Shown here piece by piece: positions 7,066 through 14,529 of a stretch of DNA of 15,992 bases. Within the stretch, counting starts at the first letter, position 1, and every line of letters starts with the position of its first letter. A model generated the notes under the pieces. The model saw only the letters and a program-made list of their open reading frames with translations, searched no databases and was not told the origin of the DNA. The position numbers were made by a program, and so were the translations under genes. Source of the DNA: Candidatus Hodarchaeaceae archaeon. GTDB lineage: Archaea; Hadarchaeota; Hadarchaeia; Hadarchaeales; Hadarchaeaceae. The stretch is from the NCBI GenBank assembly GCA_030018135.1, contig JASEGJ010000024.1:1-15992 (forward strand), given 5' to 3'.

Positions 7066-7619
7066 CAATTCTTTCAATTTTTCTTCAACGCCCGCTTTTC
7101 TCGCTCGACTTCGTGTGTACCTCCAATTTATTTCCTCAAAGTGGGTCGCAATCAGTGCCATGGCCTGATCGCAGTCCAGCTCCGAGCGCCAATGTACGCA
7201 TGCGTTCAGCCGGTCTACAATAAGGTCCTCGATCCCGATCACGAAGACCACGTACTCGCCTATCTTCACCGCTTCACGAGTTTCTCGTCGCCGGAGAGGG
7301 CGGAGGCCGGGATCTCTATCGCGGTGTCCGTCGGCTCAAAATACCAGTGGCGACCGATCCGTTTGAACCCGAACGCTTTGAGCAAATCCTTCAGTTCTTT
7401 CAAACCTGGACAGACCAGATCGTTGTCGAAGGTGCGATACTCCCCCAGCGTGTAGAATTCGACCGCACGCCCCCCGACGAGGATGGGGCGGAGTCGATGT
7501 CTCTCCATCCCTTTGGTGATGATGCCCAGCACCAACATGTTTTTCTTCAACGGGTCGGGGACATTCTTGGCGGCCTCGAGCTCCTTCCTGAGTCGTGCGA
7601 TTCCACCGGCGACGCTCAA
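7066..7619 (-). pseudogene. Pol-beta superfamily nucleotidyltransferase (DUF6036/AbiEii-like), ~185 aa, split by a 1-nt frameshift at ~7269; no stop codon before att
   Basis: The N-half (7266-7619) has PILVGGRAVEFYT..YRTFDNDLV (GG...DxD). The C-half (from 7269) has VIGIEDLIVDRL..CVHWRS..D...INWRY...RARKAGVEEKLKEL. Adding one G (CGG[G]TG) joins them as LVKRVKIG. The split may be a sequencing error. Confidence 0.8.
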
Positions 7620-8044
7620 ATTTGCACCTCATAAGTATTTGGGCCGATTTTCCTCACTTCACCGCGCTTCAACGCGGCCACCCATCTCCGCCGCCCGACT
7701 TCACAGAAGAACCGCCGCTCTTCGTCGCTCCTCGGCTTTCTGCGGATCGGTCTCGATCTCGGTTTGAGCGCGAGCCGTTTCCGCGAAAATTCCGTTTTTT
7801 TCTCCACGTAGGCCCCGTAGTCTATTTCCCTCTTAGCGAGGGCGATGAGCTTTTGAAAATAAGCCGGATTCACCCGCCTGAGCTCCTCCGCAAAGTCGAG
7901 CGTCCCCGCGATGCTCTTGGCCACTTGCCGCTCGGCGGCCGTGAACGTCTGGGCCCTTTTCCACCCCAGCTCCCGGGCTATTTCCACGTACCTTTTCCCG
8001 ACCGCCCGGAGATAAACCGCTCTCATCTGCTTGGTTGTTTTCAT
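7616..8044 (-). CDS. HTH DNA-binding protein (N-terminus similar to Tfx/sigma-70 region 4; basic C-terminal half); candidate antitoxin or regulator
   Basis: TTKQMRAVYLRAVGKRYVEIARELG..RAQ....E is an HTH pattern. Its stop overlaps the NTase start (TTGA), and a TATA box lies ~27 nt upstream. Confidence 0.75.
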   Translation of the reverse strand: MKTTKQMRAVYLRAVGKRYVEIARELGWKRAQTFTAAERQVAKSIAGTLDFAEELRRVNPAYFQKLIALAKREIDYGAYVEKKTEFSRKRLALKPRSRPIRRKPRSDEERRFFCEVGRRRWVAALKRGEVRKIGPNTYEVQI

Positions 8045-8047
8045 GAA

Positions 8048-8078
8048 TAAATATAATATAATATATTTACTTTAAAAA
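8048..8078 (-). promoter_or_regulatory. TATA box (TTTTTAAA, 8078-8071) and inverted-repeat operator TAAATATA-N6-TATATTTA (8048-8069)
   Basis: Perfect 8-bp inverted arms lie between the TATA box and the probably leaderless ATG at 8044. Confidence 0.65.
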
Positions 8079-8124
8079 ATGTGTCGTTTGATTCAAGTAC
8101 CGCCGACGGTTCGCCATAAGGAGG

Positions 8125-8223
8125 TGCGGCCGGCGGGATTTGAACCCGCGCCACGAGCGTGGCAGGCTCGAGTCCTTTTTGGAAGCGCCTTCCAACGCTT
8201 TAACCAAGCTAGACTACGGCCGC
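8125..8223 (-). tRNA. tRNA-Gly(GCC) with a 25-nt intron at position 20a/21 (intron 8177-8201)
   Basis: The spliced 74-nt sequence GCGGCCG TA GTCT AGCTTGGTT|A GGAC T CGAGC CTGCCAC GCTCG TGGC GCGGG TTCAAAT CCCGC CGGCCGC A folds as a full cloverleaf. The splice motif has a TTGG/CCAA helix, TTA and AAA bulges and an AAGCG/CGCTT intron stem. Confidence 0.96.
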
Positions 8224-8247
8224 ACAGAACAAAATCAACCGCCGTGA

Positions 8248-8263
8248 TAATTAAACTTTTGCG
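8248..8263 (-). promoter_or_regulatory. BRE-TATA of the tRNA gene (CGCAAAAG-TTTAATTA)
   Basis: Consensus archaeal promoter ~25 nt upstream of tRNA nucleotide 1. Confidence 0.7.
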
Positions 8264-8414
8264 CTCTTCTGATGGATACAGTTGATGTCCAATAAAGTCC
8301 GATTAAATCGCTCAAAAACGAAAAAGAAGCAATTATAAGGCTATTTAAAATGTATCAACTACCAACTGCAGAAGAGCGACTTTTGTAATGCGTCCACTCC
8401 GCCGACTTCAACGC

Positions 8415-10063
8415 TCATCCGATGAGGGCGGAGATAAACTGCCCGCCTATCAGGGCGCCGGCCGTGAACACGCCCATCGCCACCGGCAGGGACTGCGCGA
8501 CGATCATGCGTTTGGCCAACCGATCGTCGCCCACCTCGATCTCCACCGCACACGACATCAAAATCGAGGTGAGGAGCAGGATGTAAAGCCCGAGCACGAA
8601 TAGAAAAGCCGCGGGCGGGACGGGCGAGCTGGCGGTCAAAAATGAGGCGGCGGAAGCCCTGCCCGACAGCACCCCCTGAAAGCGGGCGGTCACCGAGGCG
8701 ACGAGCGGGGCGAAGAAGAGCGCGACGAGCGCATCGAGGTCACGACCTCGCCGAGCGAACGGCGGATGTCCAGCTCAACCCGCTTCAGCTCCTTCAGATG
8801 GTCGGCCATCCGAAGGGTCGCCGCGCCGGCAGCACTCGTGCTGCGCTCGATGATATCGACGAGCATGCGCAGCGCGCTGCGGATCGTCCGGGAGTTGGCC
8901 CCACGAAGCGCTCCTCCCTCCAGGTCAAAAAGGGCGGCGCGCAGTCCCATGCCCCCGAACCTGATGTTGATGGAAACCCTCGAGTACAGGTCGGCGACCT
9001 CGCTGCCGCGCATGGCGTTCGCGACGTGCTCAAAGGCGTCCTCCGCTGGCCGCCCCTCGGCTATCCTATTGCCGAGCTGCACGAGCGAATCGCAGAACTC
9101 CCTCTCCATCCGCTCGATCGCGCTACGCGTTTCATATGCCCGCCGATAGGTGCGATGAAGATAGGTCGCAACACCCGCCGTTACGCCCCAGAGACAGGCG
9201 AGCGCGCGGATATCGCTCGGGGCCCCGCATAAAAAGCTGATCGCTGGTGGCACCGCCCCAAGCACCAAGGCGAGCAAGCCGGCCCTCGGGCGGTTCGTTT
9301 CAACCGCTACCTCAGGGGGTGGAAAGGCGGCCAGCGGCAGGAGCACTCCGATGCTGTAGATCATGAGCGTGGGTAGGTGAAGCCCGGCCGCGAAACCTTG
9401 CATTCGCTCATATGTGTCCTGCAGGCTCACCTCGAGGGCCCGGTCCAGCACCTGCAGGCGGCTCGCCTCCGTGCGTTCGGACGCCGAACTCCTGATCAAG
9501 TGGATCGAGCGCTTGAGGCCCTCGCACCACCTCCCCCACCGCTGCCCGAATCGCTCCAGCGCCCCGTCCACGCTCACGTGCGCGCGCAAGCATGACCGCC
9601 AAAGGAAGTCTTTGAGGCTCTGACCAAGCGGGCCACCGATGTGTTCAGCCGCAAAGCAAGCGGAGCGCTCGAGGTTCGGCACCACCTTCATCGACATCGA
9701 CATGTAGCCTACGAGCATCGGCGCCTCGCCAAGTCCGCGAACGCGCTCCCGCTCGGCCCGCCAACTCGGGTACCAGCCGACCAGCGCGAACGCGAGCGGC
9801 GGTGCCAAAGCGAGGGGTGCTAAGAAAGGTAGGGGCAGGCCGACGAGCAAGACCATTGCGGCGGCGGTCAGCGCCAACGATGCCCCCGATGCTAGCGCGA
9901 GGAGTGCGAGCGCAGCGACCTCATCCGGCTGAACCTCGAGACCGGCGAGTTCCAAATTGTCGCGCAGCTCGTCGCTGGCCCATCGCGCGCATCTAAACAT
10001 TTTGAATTTGCCAGCCGTTCGACAGGCCCCCACGTAGAGCGAATCCAGCGATCTCAAGTTCAA
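8415..10063 (-). CDS. Type II secretion system F / TadC-like membrane platform protein with two T2SSF domains; apparent frameshift at ~8726
   Basis: First domain: EAPMLVGYMSMSMKVVPNLERS. Second domain: EFCDSLVQLGNRIAEGRPAEDAF. Multiple TM helices, overlapping the ATPase stop. ORFs 8690-10063 and 8415-8693 join as ..TSMRSVALFFAPLVASVTARFQ.. if one G is added (TCG[G]TC). Confidence 0.85.
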
Positions 10064-12264
10064 ATCCCCTCCGAAACCGCCCGACTATGCAACTTTGTTT
10101 TGACGGCCTGTCGGAGCCACCCACACCAGCCCTTGAATATCTCATCGCAGGCAACGCCCCCGCGCCGCAGTTGCCTCTCGAACAAGCAGTGAAGGGTTAT
10201 ATTGGAGCGCACGACGAACTCGGCCTCGAGCAGTTCAAGCCTACCAAGCTCATCAGCGACCCTGACCAACTCGGCGTGAATTTTCGCCCTGAGGTCGAGA
10301 TTTTCGAGGACCTCTTTTTGCCCGGTCCCCCATTTCCTCGCGATATCCCCGATTATTCGGGATCTGGGCTTTACGAGCGCCGGCGTGGGTTCCAGTTCAT
10401 CGCTCGCCGGGTCGTAGCTCATCAGATCCTCAAATCCACCCTCGCTGGCTGGGTCGGCCCTCCAGCCCTTGCGGACCTCAGTTATCTGCGTTACCCTCCG
10501 GCTGCGGCTGACCCCGCCCCTGTGCCTGATCAACGACGCAACCACGATGGCGTCGGTCGCCTTGAAGGAGCTGGGCGAGATGCCCAAGTCTTGGACGACC
10601 CTCTCAAAAACGTCGTACGCGCTTGAGCCGTGGATTGTCCCCATGACGGAATTTCCGGCGGCGCCGACGCGCATCGCTTCGTACAGGGTCTTCGCCTCCA
10701 AGCCGCGAACTTCGCCTATGACGAGCACGGATTCGCCGAGCCGAAGGGCTGCGCGCAGCGCTTCTTGAGCGCTTAGCTCCGCTCCGCTGGTGGCGACCGC
10801 TGCCTGAGTTCGAAGCGCCTGCACCTTGAAGCCGAGGGAGCGGAATTGAGCTATGGGCAACTCGGCGGTATCCTCGAGCGCGATGATCCGAAATTTTGGC
10901 AAAATCTCCAACATGAGCGCGCCCAGCAACGAGGTCTTGCCAGCGCCTCGACTCCCCGTCACCAACAGCGATATTTGGCCATCCACCAACAGGCCGAGCA
11001 AGCCAGCGGCTTTGGGCGTCAGAAATCGCCTGCGCACAAGCTGGGGGAGCGTCCAGGGCGTCGGCTTGTGCCTGCGCAGCGCGAACGCAAAACCCTCGGG
11101 GCTGAGCGGCCGCCCGATGGCCGCGACCCGCACCCCGCCTAGGTCGAGATCGAGCACCGGGTCGGCTTCGGAGAACGGCCTGCCGCTTATCGCGCGAAAC
11201 CTAGAAATCAGCGACTCTGCATCATCCGGCGTAAGGTAGATGTTGGTAAGGCTCTCCTCGAAGTCGCGGTGATATATGTGAACAGGTGTCTTGCCAACCG
11301 GGGCATCGACATACATATCCTGCACTTTCGCATCCGAGAGCAGGGTCTCAAATATTCCCAACCCGGCGGTGAACTTCGCAAAGTGGCATGCCAACCCTTC
11401 GACATCCTCCCTGGAGATGTCGAGTCCGTCCTCGAGCGCAAGCCTCGTCATCAGTCTTACGCCAAGATGTTTTAGTTGCCTACGCGCCTCAAGGGGATCC
11501 AGCTGGGGCCCCTCCTGTCGCTCGTCCAGCAATGCCCGCCGCGCCCTGTGTAGCAGGACCACATGCTCCGGGGACAGTCGATATTCGAGCGGGATCAGAA
11601 AGTACAAGTGCTGCAGCTCGTTCGAGAGGCGGTAAATGCGCACCTCTCCCCCCTCAAGCTTATAAGCGTCGACCAGCTCGGCCTCGGATGGCGGCTCGAT
11701 CGAAACGCGGGACGTCAAAAAACATGGCCTGATGAGGGGGCTCAAAAGTTTGGCATAACCGTCTCGATTTTGCCCGTTCTTTAATGTACCAACGAGCTTC
11801 GTGCGTCCCAGCGAGGATACCATGGGCTCAAGAAAGCCCTCCGAAAAGGCATTCCTACACTCCACGCACTTCTTCGCGCCCTGCTTCGCCCTCGCGCGGA
11901 GTTCCTCCAGCATCAGTTTAAGCTCGGCGTGGGCTTGCAACGGGTCTCCCGGCAACGTGTCAATCGCGTGCTCGACTCGCCCCCTTCTCTCGTCCTCGCA
12001 GCGTTTGCAATCGCTTGAGGTTAGATGTTTGAGCGACCAGTGTCGATGTCCATCCAGAAAGCGTGCAAGCTCCATCAGTGCTTCAAGACCTTCGCCCCTG
12101 TACTCCCGCTCATAAACATCGGCCAAGACCACCGCGTTAACCCTCGAGTGATCGGCCAACCTCCGGACGACCTCGCCCATGCATGCTCGCGAGTGCTCGA
12201 TGGACGCGCCCTGTCGACATCCGCCGCACTTAAACCTCAAAACCCGCTCATTGCCAAGAGTCAT
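10060..12264 (-). CDS. Type II/IV secretion system (VirB11/TadA/ArlI family) ATPase with a Cys-rich N-terminal region
   Basis: Walker A GSRGAGKT, Asp box IALEDTAEL, Walker B LVIGEVRG, His box MGTIHG. CxxC motifs CGGC, CKRC and CVEC in the N-terminus. The true start may be slightly upstream. Confidence 0.95.
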   Translation of the reverse strand: MTLGNERVLRFKCGGCRQGASIEHSRACMGEVVRRLADHSRVNAVVLADVYEREYRGEGLEALMELARFLDGHRHWSLKHLTSSDCKRCEDERRGRVEHAIDTLPGDPLQAHAELKLMLEELRARAKQGAKKCVECRNAFSEGFLEPMVSSLGRTKLVGTLKNGQNRDGYAKLLSPLIRPCFLTSRVSIEPPSEAELVDAYKLEGGEVRIYRLSNELQHLYFLIPLEYRLSPEHVVLLHRARRALLDERQEGPQLDPLEARRQLKHLGVRLMTRLALEDGLDISREDVEGLACHFAKFTAGLGIFETLLSDAKVQDMYVDAPVGKTPVHIYHRDFEESLTNIYLTPDDAESLISRFRAISGRPFSEADPVLDLDLGGVRVAAIGRPLSPEGFAFALRRHKPTPWTLPQLVRRRFLTPKAAGLLGLLVDGQISLLVTGSRGAGKTSLLGALMLEILPKFRIIALEDTAELPIAQFRSLGFKVQALRTQAAVATSGAELSAQEALRAALRLGESVLVIGEVRGLEAKTLYEAMRVGAAGNSVMGTIHGSSAYDVFERVVQDLGISPSSFKATDAIVVASLIRHRGGVSRSRRVTQITEVRKGWRADPASEGGFEDLMSYDPASDELEPTPALVKPRSRIIGDIARKWGTGQKEVLENLDLRAKIHAELVRVADELGRLELLEAEFVVRSNITLHCLFERQLRRGGVACDEIFKGWCGWLRQAVKTKLHSRAVSEGI

Positions 12265-12309
12265 TAGCGCATGTTCGCAGCCCGCGAAGGTACCACTCCG
12301 CCATTGATT

Positions 12310-12561
12310 TCAAGTCCCAACCCCGGCGATGACATCGACTTTTGAGCTCAACCTAATCAAATCGGCACGGACTTCCGCAAGCTGGGCATCGAGTTTCTCG
12401 TAGAGCTTCATCAGCTCAGCAAGATGTCCCTCCAGCGCCGACACCTGCCGCTCGAGCATCCGCAGCCTTTGCTCGTCCGCGTGTACCGCATCTCTAAGTT
12501 TAGCGATCCAACCGCTGTGCTCGGCTAGCACTAACTCATGCTCACGCGATCTCCCGAACAT
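12310..12561 (-). CDS. Coiled-coil hypothetical protein, 83 aa (weakly ArlC/FlaC-like)
   Basis: Heptad pattern LRMLERQVSALEGHLAELMKLYEKLDAQLAEV. It is in the operon, directly upstream of the ATPase. Confidence 0.7.
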   Translation of the reverse strand: MFGRSREHELVLAEHSGWIAKLRDAVHADEQRLRMLERQVSALEGHLAELMKLYEKLDAQLAEVRADLIRLSSKVDVIAGVGT

Positions 12562-12567
12562 TCCCGC

Positions 12568-13143
12568 TCAGCCCCCTGATTTCCCGCAGGTCCGCGAGCC
12601 AGCTTGAAACCCGAGTCTCTCGGCGGTTGTGCGGTCCTTAAGTGCCCTTCGCCAAGAGTTGCCAGCCCTGCTCAAGTAGCTCATGAAGAGTACCCATGTG
12701 CGCTCGCCGATGGCGCCTTCGTCACGCAGCTCCTCGAGCAACTTTCTAAGGTCCACGTCGGACAACTTCCACCCGATGCGCCAGCGCGCCAATCTGAGTC
12801 GCTTCGCATTTTCGACTAAGAACTCTCGAAGCGCGAGAACCTCGTCCTTAAGTCTGATTAAATCGCGCTGCGCAAAGCGCGCCCAATCGGCTTGGAGCGC
12901 CCCATCCTGTTTGAGGTTAACCACGGATTGCGAAAGCCTCGCAACCGCGGCATTGAGCGATGCCGCCAGCTCGCTCAGATGCTCGCGATCCCGGGCATCC
13001 AGCTCGTGGGTATTTAAAAAAGTGTTCGCAGCGTTGCTCGTCGCCACCGCCCCCGCGTGGGCGGAGTTCAAGTTTGATTGCGGGATCCCAAGAAAGCGAT
13101 CAATCGTAGATAGGAGACCATCAAACGTCGATTCCTCCCGCAT
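12568..13143 (-). CDS. Alpha-helical hypothetical protein (~191 aa); possible frameshift near 12612
   Basis: ATG at 13143 after a GGTGA RBS (MREESTFDGLL...), helical/coiled-coil composition. The alternative frame gives a more protein-like C-terminus, VSSWLADLREIRGLSGNVREIA*. Confidence 0.7.
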   Translation of the reverse strand: MREESTFDGLLSTIDRFLGIPQSNLNSAHAGAVATSNAANTFLNTHELDARDREHLSELAASLNAAVARLSQSVVNLKQDGALQADWARFAQRDLIRLKDEVLALREFLVENAKRLRLARWRIGWKLSDVDLRKLLEELRDEGAIGERTWVLFMSYLSRAGNSWRRALKDRTTAERLGFQAGSRTCGKSGG

Positions 13144-13402
13144 CCCCATCACCCATCTTCCCCAACCAGTGCTCAACCTCGCGCAACTTCCGCTCGTGGG
13201 GCAACCCGGGCTTTGCTCCCGACAAGCGAGTCAACTCGCCCCGTAACGTCACAAGTAAATCCCGCTCGGCGAGCTGCAACAGCTTAGGCAAGGACAGTTC
13301 AGTTTTTCTTTGGAGGTGGCGCGAGCGCTCGATCCAGAATAGACTGGCATGCCAACTTACGGCTACCGCGAACACCAAAGGCAGAAAGTCCAATTTGCCC
13401 AT
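13121..13402 (-). CDS. Hypothetical protein with an N-terminal membrane anchor; first gene of the pilus-like operon
   Basis: Hydrophobic N-terminus LDFLPLVFAVAVSWHASLFW. A TTTTAAAT TATA box lies ~25 nt upstream of the ATG (leaderless). Confidence 0.65.
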   Translation of the reverse strand: MGKLDFLPLVFAVAVSWHASLFWIERSRHLQRKTELSLPKLLQLAERDLLVTLRGELTRLSGAKPGLPHERKLREVEHWLGKMGDGDAGGIDV

Positions 13403-13530
13403 CCAAACTTAGGGCGAGAGTAATTTAAAAGGAGAAAATTGCGTGGCTCCAAAGCCTCGTAGCGGCACGCCAACAGCTATTTGTTCAAGCGGAGAAGACA
13501 AAGCTGGGTGCCCCCCTGACGGAGAAAATT

Positions 13531-14529
13531 GTGTTTAAGCGATTGCCCATCGCGCCTAGGCCGAGCGAGCTTTTAGCTAGAGCGTTCAGGCGGGCATCCA
13601 AGGCAGCTGGCGCCGTGCGTGCGCGTGGGAGGTCGATAGAACTGGCGAAACGGCGCGAGGAGCAGCGCGTCAAGGCGGCGAGCCAGATTGTCCGCAAAGG
13701 CCTCTCAAAACTCATCGACGGCACGCCATCGCTTTCCAATTTGCCGCCGTTTTATCGGGAGCTCGCCGATGCTTTGGTCGGCATCGATAGAATGAAAAAA
13801 ACCCTAGGTGCGATAGATGGAACAGTTGGGATAATCGACAAGCTGGAGCGTGAACATCTGAGGAGACTTCGCGCCGCCCGTTCACCAGCGGAAGCGACGG
13901 CGGTACGAAAACAAGCGTACGGCAGGATTTCTTCGGTTGTGGAACGGGCGGGCGGTCATTTGACGTTCTTGCGGGAGGCTGCCATCAAGCTCGCCAACCT
14001 CCCGTCGGTTTACGTTGACGTGCCAACCATCGTCATAGCCGGCTATCCAAATGTTGGAAAGACGGCGCTGTTACGCCAGCTCACGGGTTCTGAGCCGGAA
14101 ATCGCCCCCTATCCGTTTACCACCAAGGGCCTGCAGCTTGGTTACTTTGAACATGCCCGCCGGCTTTATCAGGTGATCGACACGCCTGGACTACTCGATC
14201 GACCGCTTGAAAGGCGTAACCCAATCGAACGACAAGCCATTGCCGCACTGCAAAACCTTGCGGATGTCGTCGTCTTCTTACTTGACCCTTCCGAGACCTG
14301 CGGCTACGACATGAAGAGCCAGCTCCACCTGCTCGAGGATATTCAAAAAACATTTGCGGGCGTCCAGATACTGCCGCTGATGAACAAGGCGGACCTGCTC
14401 GATGAGGATCAAACACGACGAGCGCGCGAAGCGTGCCGAAGGGCGATTTTTATTTCTTCCTTGACTGGGATGGGCATACAAGACTTGCTGCGCGAGATGT
14501 TAAAAGCGTTGAGTTCGAGTGAGCCCTAG
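13531..14529 (+). CDS. NOG1 family GTP-binding protein (ribosome biogenesis)
   Basis: N-terminal helical domain (LPPFYREL; AYGRISSV), G1 GYPNVGKT, G2 YPFTTKG, G3 DTPGLLDRP..RNPIE, G4 NKAD. Confidence 0.95.
   Translation: MFKRLPIAPRPSELLARAFRRASKAAGAVRARGRSIELAKRREEQRVKAASQIVRKGLSKLIDGTPSLSNLPPFYRELADALVGIDRMKKTLGAIDGTVGIIDKLEREHLRRLRAARSPAEATAVRKQAYGRISSVVERAGGHLTFLREAAIKLANLPSVYVDVPTIVIAGYPNVGKTALLRQLTGSEPEIAPYPFTTKGLQLGYFEHARRLYQVIDTPGLLDRPLERRNPIERQAIAALQNLADVVVFLLDPSETCGYDMKSQLHLLEDIQKTFAGVQILPLMNKADLLDEDQTRRAREACRRAIFISSLTGMGIQDLLREMLKALSSSEP

Larger units (their letters stand above)
7016..8147. mobile_element. Minimal tRNA-integrated element/islet (~1.1 kb) with no integrase
   Basis: Bounded by 25-bp direct repeats of the tRNA 3' end. 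The only cargo is an HTH gene and a nucleotidyltransferase gene, and the ends are AT-rich. Confidence 0.8.

Noticed and set aside
6987-8285. Plus-strand ORFs 6987-7223 and 8079-8285 containing RPAG(L/F)EP, as possible SSV-type split integrase fragments
   Set aside because: The peptide is just the antisense translation of the tRNA end. The reconstructed attP ORF is short and has no tyrosine-recombinase R-H-R-Y motifs.
8273-8357. Half-sites GGATACA (8274-8280) and TGTATCA (8351-8357) resembling the shared palindrome
   Set aside because: They are isolated halves 70 nt apart, without the 2-nt spacing, and too weak to call.
12310-12312. In-frame TGA as selenocysteine
   Set aside because: It is not in a redox or Cys-homologous context, and I saw no SECIS-like element.
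13121-13402. 93-aa protein as a pilin
   Set aside because: It lacks the class III signal peptide (K/R-G/A followed by a hydrophobic stretch) and a pilin-like globular domain.
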